In this document: positions 26,801-42,874 of the stretch, piece after piece
Layout of the letters: the number at the start of each line of letters is the position of its first letter
Numbering within the stretch: position 1 is the first letter of the stretch
Assembly (NCBI GenBank): GCA_951406725.2
Contig: OX597839.1
Span: forward strand, 33,356,001 to 33,420,000
DNA: 64,000 nucleotides
Source of the DNA: Octopus vulgaris
Taxonomy: Eukaryota
Direction of reading: 5' to 3'
Notes under the pieces: generated by a model
Told to the model about the DNA's origin: nothing
Seen by the model: only the letters and a program-made list of their open reading frames with translations
Database searches by the model: none
Translations under genes and position numbers: made by a program

Positions 26801-26942
26801 TGGTATCAAATAGACATGCCACGCCTATTATAATGCATAAGCTCTACTTTTTGTCGTTGACTTCAATATCTGGTCTGTTGTATCTTATCTTTATTTGAGT
26901 GTGTATCAGAATTTTTCACAAATTGGCTACAGCTTTGCATTT

Positions 26943-27046
<104 letters not shown>

Positions 27047-27059
27047 CCATCATTATTTT

Positions 27060-27193
27060 TTTGTGAAAACGCCCAGTTTATTTTGCTGGTCTTGATGGAA
27101 AGTGTCAGCTGTCCACAGCCAGCAGACTAAGGCGAGACTTGTTTACTGGTCATGCTTCAAGAACCCTGCAGAGAATTCTTGCAGTTCCAAGCA

Positions 27194-27194
<1 letters not shown>
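27060..27194 (-). mobile_element. R4/Dong 3' end (subfamily V)
   Basis: Minus translation LGTARILCRVLEA* plus 3' UTR; lies between (CAT)n and (ATT)n. Confidence 0.75.
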
Positions 27195-27944
<750 letters not shown>

Positions 27945-27945
<1 letters not shown>

Positions 27946-28445
27946 TCTTGGTTCGTCTCAGATTCGGTCTTATTCCTGGTAGGGACTCTGTGGATAGCAG
28001 GTTACTACCTGTAACCTCAGGTATCCACAATTTTCCACCAGTCTTTCAAGTGCTTAGAACCGTCCTGATAATCCTTCCAGTCCCCAAGACACAAACTTTC
28101 TGTTGGAGCTCTACCGGGCATTCTATTCCAACCTCCTTCAGCCATTTCTCTATATCTTTACTTACTCTTCCCAAAGCAACCAATCATTAAAAGCACCACC
28201 TTTACCGTTCGCCTCCTCCAAATTCCTCCTGTTTCAAATTTGAAGGGACTGTGTTTTCTTTGTTTTATTTTTTCCCTTCCTCTTTCTTCACGATCCCGGA
28301 ATCGAATGGGCATGATGCGTTGATTAGTAAAGCATCTTGGCTTTTCCTCATCTCTGACTGTTATGTCCGGTTTGTTATTTTCTAACTTCTTGTCCGTTTG
28401 AAAAGGAAACTCCCACAAAATCTTACATTTTCCGAGTCTAATACT
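27945..28445 (-). pseudogene. R4/Dong RLE-domain fragment (subfamily U)
   Basis: WEFPFQTDKKLENNKPDITVRD (PD of PD-(D/E)xK); downstream ELQQKVCVLGTGRIIRTVLS; frameshifted. Confidence 0.8.
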
Positions 28446-28577
28446 TTTATCATCACTACCACCGTCGTCACCGTCACCACCACCACCACCACCATCATCC
28501 TCATGATCGTCATCACCACCATCACCATCCTCATGATCGTCATTACTATTTCATATTCGCACAACGGATTAAACTGT

Positions 28578-29060
28578 TAGATAAAATAAAGGTCCTAACA
28601 TCGGGCTACGGCAAGTAGCCTTAGATGCCAAGAACCTTCCTAAATACCCTAGCTGTCCCTAACAAGAATGTTTTCTAGACCTCTCTAAAGAAGGTTTTAC
28701 GCCTATTTCCTCCATTCATCTGTTCAAACCTTTAGGGATAGTTCCTAACGCACCTATATCCACAGGGATACATTTTACCTGCTCTTTCAATTAGCCTCTG
28801 TAACTCAATGGCTTGGTCCTGGTACTCAGCTATTTCCTCTCATGTTGACTTTCTCATCTTTTAGAACTGTAAACTCAATTACCTGGCACTTTCCATTCTC
28901 TTTGTCTCCTATCGTTACTACTAAATCAGGCCTTCTAGCTTTTATTACTCTGTCAGTCTGGATATGAAGATCCCACATCTTATTTTCTAGCACTTTACTA
29001 GGTTCATGTTCATACCATTTGTCAGTTATATAGAAATCCGAGTTTTTTTTACATAACTCT
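28578..29060 (-). pseudogene. R4/Dong RLE-domain fragment (subfamily T)
   Basis: Minus translation DKWYEHEPSKVLENKMWDLHIQTDRVIKARRPDLVV...LLGTARVFRKVLGI*. Confidence 0.82.
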
Positions 29061-29099
29061 CATTATTATTATTATTATTGTTGTTATTATTATTATTAT

Positions 29100-29173
29100 T
29101 TTTTTCTTTCAAATTTGCTTCCATTTCTTGCCGAGTGTCTTCCCGACTCCTAGGGCAAATGTCTTCCCGACTC

Positions 29174-29231
<58 letters not shown>

Positions 29232-29398
29232 TTTGTGTTTGACTTTTGCTTTACATTTGCACAATTTGGCTCCAAGTCTCACCCAGAGACCTCAAGAGAC
29301 AACAATTAGAAGTTCATGTTGGTGTTATGCCTAGGGTGCCATATATTTAGTTTTGTACTTAGTGTTGTACTAGTGAATGTCTAAAACAACATATGAAA

Positions 29399-29400
<2 letters not shown>
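29100..29400 (-). mobile_element. Stacked Dong 3' UTR ends (X at 29100-29172, Y at 29230-29400) separated by (ATT)n
   Basis: Reverse complements of 35697-35760 and 51170-51331. Confidence 0.8.
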
Positions 29401-29493
<93 letters not shown>

Positions 29494-29509
29494 CATTATT
29501 ATTATTATT

Positions 29510-30047
29510 GAGTGAGTGAGCAGAGCATGCCATCAAAGTGACACTGGGGTAAAATATACGAAGCCCAGTATACCCATCATGACTACCCGTCTGATAAGGG
29601 TACACCAGGCACATGCATCACAACCATATGTGCGCGACATGGTGATCTCATATCAAGATAAACAGCACATGACCTTGCAAGTGGAGCCCAGTTACAATTT
29701 TCTTCAGATCGAGTAACCCATCCCGCTCAAAAGGTCCCTGAATAAGGGTTGTTTAAGGACGTTGAACGAAACACCCATGTTTCCAGAGGTGAATTATTCA
29801 AACCCCAAAGAATCCTTCTCAACACATGGCTATGATGCTCCCCCACTACTTCTGCTCGTGATCAGAGATGCACATATCGTCAGCCACTAAGGGACATGCT
29901 CAACTGGTTAAGGTCAAACAACTGACAAGCAAATCTGTGGTATTGAGCAGAATATTTGCTGTAGCCCATCTTTTATACCAAGACAAAACAATGTACATGA
30001 TAACACTTCCAATCAGTTAAGATCAGAAGCCATGAGAGCCACTGCCT
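29510..30047 (-). mobile_element. Non-coding element of about 540 bp inserted in (TAA)n, copy 1
   Basis: Near-identical to 39047-39586 with the same two ends but different flanking insertions. Confidence 0.85.
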
Positions 30048-30134
<87 letters not shown>

Positions 30135-30136
<2 letters not shown>

Positions 30137-30430
30137 TTATTTTTGACATTTGTTTTACATTTTTACAAGTTGGCTCCAAGTCTCACCCAGAGACCTCAAG
30201 AGACAACAAGTTGGAAGTTCATGTTGGTGTTATACCTAGGGTGCCATATATTTAGTTTTGTACATAGTGTTGTTCTAGAGAATGTTTTAAGAAATCATAA
30301 GAAAATTTGAGTTTGTTTTAAAATTTGAGATTACATAGAAAGTATTTTGCGTAGGATATTGGCAGTTCCCATGAGCACTTTCTATTGAATTTCTGCCATG
30401 TTGGGGTTTCCTGGTATCTGAGCTAGGCAG
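30135..30430 (-). mobile_element. R4/Dong 3' end (subfamily Y)
   Basis: Minus translation LAQIPGNPNMAEIQ*KVLMGTANILRKILSM* plus 3' UTR. Confidence 0.8.
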
Positions 30431-30769
30431 ACTTTAAAAAGCAGCAAATGAGAGAACCCAGTAGAGATAGCAACCAAACGATGTTTTGAGCGGACTGTAA
30501 ACTCGAACGACAAACCAAGCGATCGATTAGTTAAGTGGTTAAAAAGTTAAGCGAGTAACTAATAAATAATATAGGAGTGAAATAGAAACAGTACGTGTAT
30601 CTATTATTTGCATAATGACCCGACGGAGAAGCGACAAAAAATAAATGTAATATTCTTTTCTACTCTAGGCACAAAGCTTGAAATTTTTAGGAAGAGGGCC
30701 AGTCGATTAGATCGACACCTGTATGCCACTGGTACCCTCAAATATATGTAATATTACGGTAAAACAAGA

Positions 30770-31170
30770 TGGCGAGCTGGCAGAAACGTTAGCATGCCGG
30801 GCGAAATGCCTAGCGGTATTTCGTCTGTCTTTACGATCAGAGTTCAAATTCTGCCGAGGTCGACTTTGCCTTTCATCCTTTCGGGGTCGATAAATTAAGT
30901 ACCAGTTACGCACTGGGGTCGATGTAATCGACTTAATACCTATGTCTGTCCTTGTTTGTCCCCTCTGTGTTTAGTCCCTTGTGGGTAATAAAGAAATAGG
31001 TATTTCGTCTGTCTTTACGATCAGAGTTCAAATTCCGCCGAGGTCGACTTTGCCTTTCATCCTTTCTGGGTCGATAAATTAAGTACTAGTTGCGTACTGG
31101 GGTCTATTTAACCGGCTGGTCTTCTCCCCCAAATTTAAGGTCTTGTGCCTAGAGTAGAAAAGAATATTAC
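30770..31170 (+). mobile_element. SINE C dimer
   Basis: Head plus a 184-bp unit, junction aaagaaata|ggtatttcgtc, and terminal tail. Confidence 0.87.
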
Positions 31171-31446
31171 GATAAAACTAAAAACAGAAATGCTTATTTC
31201 CGTTTATTGAAGTGTTGCGACGACTATAAAATCTAAGTTGATAAAATGTCGTGTGATATCTAAGCCTGCAGTTATAGACATATCAGGCCTGATCATATCA
31301 AATGTCTAGACTATCTTTTTAAAGTTTCATTTCTCTTCTTACACTCACCATTTTCTGTACGTTCATACATTTTTAAGTATCTTTCAGATAAACTATTAAT
31401 AAGCAACAAGGCATTGATTGGCTCAGGCCTATAGTAGAAGACACTT

Positions 31447-31834
31447 GGAGGCGCAATGGCTCAGTGGTTAGGGCAGCGGACTCGCGGTCATAGGATCGCG
31501 GTTTCGATTCCCAGACCGGGCGTTGTGAGTGTTTATTGAGCGAAAACACCTAAAAAAGCTCCACGAGGCTCCGGCAGGGGACGGTGGTGATCCCTACTGT
31601 ACTCTTTCACCACAACTTTCTCTCACTCTTACTTCCTGTTTCTGTTGTACCTGTATTTCAAAGGGCCGGCCTTGTCACTCTCTGTGTCACGCTGAATATC
31701 CCCGAGAACTACGTTAAGGGTACACGTGTCTGTGGAGTGCTCAGCCACTTACACGTTAATTTCACGAGCAGGCTGTTCCGTTGATTCGGATCAACCGGAA
31801 CCCTCGTCGTCGTAACCGACGGAGTGCTTCCTTA
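31447..31834 (+). mobile_element. SINE family A nested inside a minus-strand SINE B (31410-31930)
   Basis: TSD agaagacactt is part of the family B sequence. Confidence 0.9.
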
Positions 31835-32863
31835 AGAAGACACTTACCCAAGGTACCATGCAGTGGGACTGAACCCAGAACTATGTGGTTGGAAAGCAAG
31901 CTGCTTACCACACAGCCACATCTGCGCCTCTATATTAGATTTGTTTATAAATCCATGTTTTTTTTTATGTTCTATTACTGATACGAACGGTTCCACAAAG
32001 GAAGGCATATAACAATTTTTGGAACACTAACTTTAATTCAATGCAGGATATGCTTCCTAATTATCCCTAATGAAGTTTTTGTGGTGTTGATTAGCCTGTA
32101 TTCACGGCCACACGAAACATTCCAGAATTATTCATGTTCGCCAACTTTTCAGTTTTGCTTTCCATTAAACTCGTTTGTTCTTCTTCATATTCAGACATTT
32201 ACGCATGTCTCTTATTTATTTTATATATTCAGATTCTGTGCTTCTCTTTTACCTTTTGCTTGTTGCAGTCATTGGAGAGCGACCGTGTTTTTTTAATTTT
32301 TTTTTATAGTCTAATACTTATGCTATCAGTTTCTTTCGCCGAGTTGCAATATTACAAGGGATTGATACCACATTATCGCCGGTGGTCGGGGACAAACACT
32401 AGCACACTCACACACACACATATATACGACGGGCTTCCGTTCCAACACTGTCGTAGAAGATACTGGCCCGATGTGCCGCGCAGTGGAACCGAACCCTAAA
32501 CCGCGTGGCTGTAAAAGTAAGCATCTTATTTCTTTATTGCCCACAGAGGGGACAAACAAGGACAGACAAAGGGATTAAGTCGATTACATCGACCCCTGTG
32601 CGTAACTGGTACTTAATTTATCGGCCCCGGGCTAAACATTGAGGGGACAAACAAGGACAGACAAAGAGGTTAAGTCGATTACATCGATCCCTGTGCGCAA
32701 CTGGTACTTAATTTATCGACCCCGGAAGGATGAAAGGGGCAAAGTCGACCACGGCGGAATTTGAACTCAGGACGTAACGGCAGACGAAATACCGCTAATG
32801 ATTCTGCCACTTCGCCGCCTTATTATCTTAACCCCACCACAGTCATACCTGTCTCTCTATATT

Positions 32864-33169
32864 TATTTGTTGCTTTTCGAGCCCTGCCTGGCTCATAAGG
32901 GGCCGGCTTCGCGGTTTCATTGGCATATAGGTCTCCCACCTGGACGGGACGCCGGTCCGTCGCAGGTGAGCTGCTAGATGAAGGAGGAAAGAGTGAGAGA
33001 AAGTTGTGGTGAAAGAGTGAACAGAAATTCGCCATTATCCTCTGCCGGAGCCGCGTGGAGCTTCGGAGTTTCTCTCACAAATACACACATCGCCCGGTCT
33101 GAGATTCGAACCCGCGATCCCGCGACCGCGAGTCCGCTGCTCTAGCCTCTAAGTCATGTGCCTCCCCAC
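32864..33169 (-). mobile_element. SINE family A (diverged), tail type 3
   Basis: Homologous to 17168-17483; 13-bp TSD gtctctctatatt; SINE B and C fragments lie at 32315-32822. Confidence 0.82.
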
Positions 33170-33197
33170 GTCTCTCTATATTATTATCTCCATTCTT

Positions 33198-33600
33198 AAG
33201 GCGGCGAGCTGGCAGAAACGTTAGCATACCGGGCGAAATGCTTAGTGGTATTTCGTCTGTCTTTACGTTCTGAGTTCAAATTCCGCCGAGGTCGACTTTG
33301 CCTTTCATCCATTCGGGCTCGATAAATTAAGTACCAGTTACGCACTGGGGTCTATGTAATCGACTTAATCCGTTTGTCTGTCCTTGTTCGTCCCCTCTAT
33401 GTTTAGCCCCTTGTGGGTAGTAAAGAAATAGGTATTTCGTCTGCCGCTACGTTCCGAGTTCGAATTCTGCCGCGGTCGACTTTGCTTTCCTCCTTTCGGG
33501 GTCGATAAATTAAGTACCAGTTGCGTACGGGAGTCGATCTAATCGACTGGCACCCCTCCCCCAAAATTTCGGGCCTTGTGCACAAGAGTAAAAAAGATTA
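33198..33600 (+). mobile_element. SINE C dimer
   Basis: Same architecture as 30770-31170. Confidence 0.87.
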
Positions 33601-33844
33601 TTATCCTCATTTTCTTCCATATATTCTCACATTCCTTTATCTTTCCTTTCTACGATTTCTATATCCTTCCCCAACTTGTTAATTCTGTGTTCCTTCAATC
33701 ATCTTGCTTGTTTGTATGTAACTGTTTACAGGCGACCAATGAGACGGGTGTCTCTGTGTTTCGTTCGACTTTTAATTATTCAAATTCTTCTTCTTCTCCA
33801 AGAGAAGCTTTTTCTAACGAAGATATAAAGCTCTACCAGTGGAA

Positions 33845-34900
<1,056 letters not shown>

Positions 34901-35054
34901 CTAATCTGTATTCTTAATTTTCTTTCTTTTGTATGTATGTATGTATATGTATATTTATTTATATTTTCAGAAATGTTAAATGGGGTTAGCAAATGACTAT
35001 TTTCCAAAATCCTCCTTTTCCTCCTCCTCCTCCTCCTCCTCCTCCTCCTCCTCC

Positions 35055-35088
<34 letters not shown>

Positions 35089-35212
35089 TAGTATATTAAA
35101 TACATTATTTTGAAAATTTTTCCCATTTAGTTTCTAAATAAGGAAAGAAATGAATGAGTTTGTTTTCTTTCTTTGCTCTGTCGTGTCCTTTTATATCTTT
35201 CTATATACAAAC

Positions 35213-35272
<60 letters not shown>

Positions 35273-35290
35273 GAAGAAGAAGAAGAAGAA

Positions 35291-35763
35291 GAAAGACCAA
35301 AACAATAAAGTTTGCTTATTGATCGACATGAGCATCCCCTGTGATCATAATATCTCAGCCAAAGAGTTTGACAAGCTCAGAAAATATAAAGACCTACTCG
35401 TTGAAATTGAGAAAATGTGGCATCTCAAGGCGGTTACAATACCAGTGATCGTAGGAGCACTAGGAATGATCAAGAAGGGAACCGAAAATTATATGAGAAT
35501 GATCCCTGGCTTACCATCCCTGCAAGAAGTGCAAAAGATTGTCTTAACTGGTACATCACACGTATTGAGAAGAGCATTGTCGATGTGAGAATTGTTGCTG
35601 CTCATGTATTTTAATTTAACCTTAAAAAAAAAATTTAAAAAATGAACGAACTATTGAGTTTGATTTAATGGCCTACCAATGTATACTATGAGTTTCTTTG
35701 CCCTAGGAGTCGGGAAGACACTCGGCAAGAAATGGAAGCAAATTTGAAAAAAGAAAAAAAAAG
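35291..35763 (+). pseudogene. 5'-truncated R4/Dong element (subfamily X), RLE C-terminus plus 3' UTR
   Basis: Intact frame CLLIDMSIPCDHNISAKEFDKLRKYKDLLVEIEKMWHLKAVTIPVIVGALGMI...QKIVLTGTSHVLRRALSM*; (AAT)n on both sides. Confidence 0.88.
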
Positions 35764-35817
35764 TAATAATAATAATAATAATAACAATAATAACAAAACA
35801 ACAAAAATAATAGTAAT

Positions 35818-36612
35818 AATCTTTTTTACTCTCGGCACGTGGCCCAAAATTATGGGGGAGGGGGGGCCAGTCGATTAGATCGACCCAAGTACGCAACTGG
35901 TACTTAATTTATCAACCCCGAAAGAATGAAAGGCAAAGTCGACCTCGGCAGAATTTGAACTCGGAACGTGGAGACAGACGAAATGCCTCTAAGCATTCTG
36001 TCAACTTGTCACCATAATAATGATAATAATAATAATGATAATAATAATAATAATAATAACAATAACAATAATAATAATAACAACAAAAAGAACAATAATA
36101 ATAGTAATAATCTTTTTTACTCTCGGCACGTGGCCCAAAATTTTGGGGAAGGGGGGTGCCAGTCGATTAGATCGACCCAAGTACGCAACTGGTACTTAAT
36201 TTATCGACCCCGAAAGAATGAAAGGCAAAGTCGACCTCAGCGGAATTTGAACTCGGAACGTGAAGACAGACGAAATATGCCTCTAAGCATTCTGTCAACT
36301 TGTCACCTTAATAATGATAATAATAATAATAATACTAATAATAATTATAATAATAACAATGATAATAACAACAACAACAACAACAATAATAATGATAGTA
36401 ATAATCTTTTTTACTCTCGGCACGTGGCCCAAAATTTTGGCGGAGGGGGGGTGCCAGTCGATTAGATCGACCCAAGTACGCAACTGGTACTTAATTTGTC
36501 AACCCCGAAAGAATGAAAGGCAAAGTCGACCTCGGCGGAATTTGAACTCGGAACGTGAAGACAGACGAAATATGCCTCTAAGCATTCTGTCAACTTGTCA
36601 CCTTAATAATGA

Positions 36613-36647
<35 letters not shown>

Positions 36648-36913
36648 CTAATAACAATAATAATAATAACAACAACAACAACAATAATAATAATAACAAT
36701 ATTTTTTACTCTCGGCACGTGGGCCAAAATTTTGGGGAAGGGGGCCAGTCGATTATATCGACCCAAGTACGCAACTGGTACTTAATTTATCAACCCCGAA
36801 CGAATGAAAGGCAAAGTCGACCTCGGCGGAATTTGAACTCGGAACGTGGAGACAGACGAAATATGCCTCTAAGCATTCTGTCAACTTGTCACCTTAATAA
36901 CGATAATAATAAT

Positions 36914-36967
<54 letters not shown>

Positions 36968-37215
36968 TATAATAATAACAACAATAATAATAACAACAAC
37001 AACAATAATAATAGTAATAACCTTTTTTACTCTCGGCACGTGGCCCAAAATTTTGGGGAAGGGAGGGCTAGTCGATTAGATCGACCCAAGCACACAACTG
37101 GTATTTAATTTATCGACCCCAAAAGAATGAAAGGCAAAGTCGTCCTCGGGACGTAAAGACAGACGAAATGCCTCTAAGCATTCTGTCAACTTGTCACCTT
37201 AATAATGATAATAAC

Positions 37216-37269
<54 letters not shown>

Positions 37270-37270
37270 G
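35818..37270 (-). repeat. Tandem array of five (SINE C + (AAT)n) units of about 290-320 bp
   Basis: Unit marker ttttactctcggcacgtgg near 35823, 36115, 36409, 36704 and 37025. Confidence 0.9.
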
Positions 37271-37718
37271 ATAATAATAATATTAAGTCGAAAAAATCAA
37301 TCAAAAAACTACCTCACCATTCAAGGAATATACAAATAATGGTAATATCAACATGAAAACGTTTAACACAGAACCTGTCACAAGTTTTCTGTTTATTTAT
37401 TTGTGATAATCCGTTGGAGGAAATACTTGAGTTTATTCAAACAAGATCCCCTGCGGCGTTTTGTTGAAGGGCTGTATATTAATTCTTAGAAATGGTTCGG
37501 AGGAAAAAACATTGTGTAAACAAATCCAAAAAACTGCGGGTAACGAGAGATTGTGAGCGAAAAAGTAATAAATAAATAAATATATATATATATAAATGAA
37601 TGCGCAAGTAAATATACATGTAAATATTTTTAAAATCGTACAAAAAAAAATAATCAACACAAAAAAAAAAAAATTGAAACCAACGCAACAGAAAATTAAC
37701 AAAAAACGAATTTATAAC

Positions 37719-37783
<65 letters not shown>

Positions 37784-37784
37784 T

Positions 37785-38021
37785 AATGGTTTCGAATTTT
37801 GGTTCGAGACCAGCAGTCAGTTACAGGCAAAGGGGGGTGGGGGGGGGGGTAAGTCGATTATATCGACACCAGTGCTTAACTGGTACTTGTTTTATCGAAC
37901 CCCTGGAAGGATGAAAGGCAAAAATCGACCACGACGGAATTTGAACTCAGAACGTAGCGACGGGCGAAATACTGCTAAGCATTTCGCCCGGCGGGTTAAC
38001 GAGTATAACAGCTCGTCACTT

Positions 38022-38077
<56 letters not shown>

Positions 38078-38346
38078 CAATAATAATAATAATAATAATG
38101 ATAATTCTTTCTACTGGAAGCACAAGGACCTCGGAATTTTGTGGGAGAGGTCTGCTCGATTACATTGACCCCAGTGTTTCACAGGTACTCAATTTATCGA
38201 CCCCGAAAGGATGTAAGGCAAAGACGACCTCGGCGGAATTTGAACTCAGAACGTAACGACAGACGAAACACTGCTATGCATTTCGCCCGACGTACTAACG
38301 TTTCTGCCAGCTCACCGCCTTATAGTAGTAGTAATAATAATAATAA

Positions 38347-38418
<72 letters not shown>

Positions 38419-38670
38419 CATTATCATCATCATCATTATTATTATTACTGAGGCGACAAGCTGGCAGAATCGTTAGCACGCCGACCGAAATGCTTAGCGG
38501 TATTTCGCCCGTCGCTATGTTCTGAGTTCAAATTCCGCTGTGGTCGACTTTGCCTTTCGTCCTTTCGGAGTCGATAAATTAAGTACCAGTTACGTACTGG
38601 GATCGATTTAATCGACTAGCCCCCTCCCCTAAAATTTCAGGCCTTGTGCCTATAATAAAAAGGAAATTAT
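37785..38670. mobile_element. Three SINE C copies in trinucleotide arrays (two minus, one plus)
   Basis: Copies at 37785-38022, 38105-38321 and 38450-38670; orientation flips with the switch from (AAT)n to (ATT)n. Confidence 0.85.
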
Positions 38671-38702
38671 TATTATCATTATTATCATTATTATTATTAT
38701 TT

Positions 38703-39010
38703 GATGAAAACTCGCAGCTTATTTTGTTGGGTATGATGGAAAGTGTCAGCTGTCCACAGCCAGCAGACTAAGGAGACCCTTGTTTACTGGTCATGCTTCA
38801 AGAACCCTCTGAAGAATTCTTGCAGTTCCAAGCAATGCTGATTTTTCTAGGTGTTCTACCTTCACACTTGCACCAATCTTTTTCAGCCATGCTTGTATTA
38901 TTATTATTATTGTTGTTGTTGTTGTTGTTGTTGTTGTTCCTTCGTAACACAGTGTAGGTAAAAATGCACCGGGGTCTTTAGTAATCTGTCAAGTCACAAC
39001 AAGGACCTCA

Positions 39011-39011
<1 letters not shown>
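38703..39011 (-). mobile_element. Composite of two Dong 3' ends (V + W), duplicated at 39768-40075
   Basis: About 310-bp direct repeat; the V part encodes ...KSALLGTARILQRVLEA*. Confidence 0.8.
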
Positions 39012-39755
<744 letters not shown>

Positions 39756-40074
39756 CATTATTATTTAATGAAAACTCACAGCTTATTTTGCTGGGTATGA
39801 TGGAAAGTGTCGGCTGTCTACAGCCAGCAGACTAAGGAGACACTTGTTTACTGGTCATGCTCCAAGAACCCTCTGAAGAATTCTTACAGTTCCAAACAAT
39901 GCCGATTTTTGTAGATGTTCTCCCTTCACACTTGCACCAATCTTTTTCAGCCATGTTGGTATTATTATTATTATTATTATTATTGTTGTTGTTGTTGTTG
40001 TTCCTTCGTAACACAGTGTAGGTAAAAATGCACCGGGGTCTTTAGTTATCTGTCAAGTCACAACAAGGACCTCA

Positions 40075-40157
<83 letters not shown>

Positions 40158-40161
<4 letters not shown>

Positions 40162-40283
40162 TAGTTTTATTTTTATAGCGTGCTTTCACTTCACTACCGA
40201 GCGCAGCTCTGTGTGCCTTGGGTATGTGCTGTGGTTTGTTGTGATGCTTTTATGGTTACTGTATTGAAAGTGTTTTGCGTAGT
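40158..40283 (-). mobile_element. R4/Dong 3' end (subfamily Z)
   Basis: Minus translation LRKTLSIQ* plus 3' UTR ending ...aaaactactg(aat)n. Confidence 0.65.
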
Positions 40284-40934
40284 AAGCAAAACCTTATGCC
40301 TTTTTGGCTTTATTTGCGGGACATGAAAAACAACGTCCGGCCCATTATTTTGACGGCCATCTTTTTCGTAGGGAACCGGTCCGTTCATTTCTGTTGTCAA
40401 TTTGTTTTACGTGTAGTTTTTCGTACTTTTTGTGTAACAACTTCCCGATTGTTATTCTTGGGTTGAATTATACCGGTATTATATAATTCATTTGTAATTT
40501 TTTTGTACATGGTGTTTGGGGCCGGAGATGGTCTGGTGTTGATGGATCGTAATGTATCAAGCATGTTCGCATGTGCTGTGTGGGCAGTGGAGATGATAAC
40601 CAGTTAACATACATCATTTCATTTGGAAAATAGTAATAAATTTCAATGAGTATTACTTACTCGGATATAGTCCAACCCTTTGTCAGCTATTTTTTGGCTC
40701 CATGCGACGTCTTTATCTCCAGTGTTTGTGGATAGATTTCGGAGCAGCGTTTTATCGCTCTCACATGTTAAACGTCCCCCGGTGTCTTCTTGCTAAACGT
40801 CCCCGGTGTCTTCTTGTTAAACGTCCCCGGTGTCGTCGTCGTCGTCTTCGTCTTCTTCTTCTTCTTCTTCTTCTTCTTCTTCTTCTTCTTCTTCTTCTTC
40901 TTCTTCTTCTTCTTCTTCTCCTTATCATCATCCC

Positions 40935-41012
<78 letters not shown>

Positions 41013-41454
41013 TATTAGTTTTTGTTGTAACTCCCGAAGTCTTGCACGCATAGCAGTCTTACTACCCGCAGCATAGAGTACCATGCTATTCGTTCTTTTC
41101 AACTATCTAATAGGCAAACTTTTCGTCGATGCTTCCTATAGCTAAACAACGGTGGTGTAATTCCCTTACGGGACTGTCACGTTAGGTTGACAGTATAAAA
41201 CCACTCTATCGCTCCGCCACCGTACATATCTCTATGAGATATTTAGAAATTTAATATTTCTGATTTTCGTAACAGTTTTATTGGATATTCTATTCCAATT
41301 TCCTTTATATTCCTCACGATGCCTTCTGATACTGTTTCCAACGAACTTATTTTATCGACCCCGAAAGGATGAAAGGTAAAGTCAACCTCGGCCGAATTTG
41401 AATTCAGATCATAAAAACGGACGAAATGTCTCTAAGCATTTCATCCGGCTTGAC

Positions 41455-42375
41455 ATTCAAAGATGTCAACTTCAAGACAACACTGGATGAACTGGAACTG
41501 CCTGTCTGGAATGCTTTCAATTGGATCTGTGAGAATTTCTTCGGCAACAAGAAGGCAACAGACAGCAAAGATGGCGTCAAGAATCTTCTGAAATGTTACT
41601 CAGCAATGGGTTGTGTCGCACTTCACTGAAAGCTCACTTCTTGGACTCCCGTCTGGATTTCTTCGCGGATAACCTTGGAGCAGTGTCTGATAAACATGGT
41701 GAACGATTTCCCCTGGCGAGCTGGCAGACACGTTAGCGCGCCGGGCGAAATGCTTAGCGGTATTTCGTCTGCCGTTACGTCCTGAGTTCAAATTCCGCCG
41801 AGGTTGACTTTGCCTTTCATCCTTTCGGGGTCGATAAATTAAGTACCAGTTACGCACTGGGGTCGATGTAATCGACTTAATCCGTTTGTCTGTCCTTGTT
41901 TGTCTCCTCTGTGTGTAGCCCCTTGTGGGTAATAAAGAAACGGATTTCCCCTGGACATTAGAGCTATGGAGAAACGGTACCAAGGCTTCTGAAATGATAG
42001 TACGCTGGTTGACCACCACTGGACACTTTACCGTGATCAACGAGGTCAGGAACTCCAAATCACAATGTTTCTAACTCTATTGTTCTTTGTCGGTTCGTCT
42101 GACCCATTTTTTTGTGTATTCTCTCTTCGTAGAATGATTGTGAGGATTTTTAACTCAATAAACTCATTTAATTTCTAAAAACAACATGTTCTTATTTATT
42201 ACGTTAATGATTTCATATAAATACAAATACGTCAATATTTGCAAGTCTCTACTGAAAAACTGATACGTGTTGCATACAAATGGAGTGAATTTTGAAATCA
42301 GCATGAAAAATTAGTCTAGAAAAGTTGGTTTGCATTCCTAATGAGTAGAATACATTTTATTTTGTTGACCAATAT
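41455..42375 (+). pseudogene. Chapaev3-like (CMC) DNA transposon relic, interrupted by SINE C (41714-41942)
   Basis: WICENFFGNKK...YSAMGC / SLKAHFLDSRLDFFADNLGAVSDKHGERF | DIRAMEKRYQG motif; subterminal gaaatcagcatgaaaaat...ttgttgacca; SINE TSD gatttcccctgg. Confidence 0.72.
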
Positions 42376-42874
42376 TACAAGCTGAACTGGCAATGGTTTC
42401 TTTCCTGTATGCAGAACAGCCAAATAGGTTATCACCGTTTCAAATATTTAACTATTATTGCTAACATCACTTTCCCCAGTGGAAATAACACAGTGGCTTG
42501 AGCCGTAAAAGCATTGTATGTATGTATGTATCATGTATGTGTGTGTGTGTGTGTGTGTCTTCTATTTTTTAAAAATTATTATAAATCTTCTACTGAGGAA
42601 GGAACTGGTTTCCAACAAACACACGAGGCTCTATCTTTGGGATGTAGTTAACACAGGCAAATTCACATTTGGAACTTGAGAAAAGTCTTGCATATTTTTA
42701 CTGTTCCACTCACAGATTGCACTTGTAATGTACGAATTAGCTGGTCGATTTCTCTTTCTGAAAATCCCAGTTTATCCAGATTCTCCTTTAAGCATTTACT
42801 AACAAAACCTAGTGCTCCAATTATCATTGGTATGAATATGAATTCATAGCCTGGATAGAGAAGCTGGAGGTTCT

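Noticed and set aside
40768-40833. Three 24-bp repeats (taaacgtccccggtgtcttcttg) as regulatory sites
   Set aside because: Simple local slippage next to a (CTT)n array, with no linked gene start
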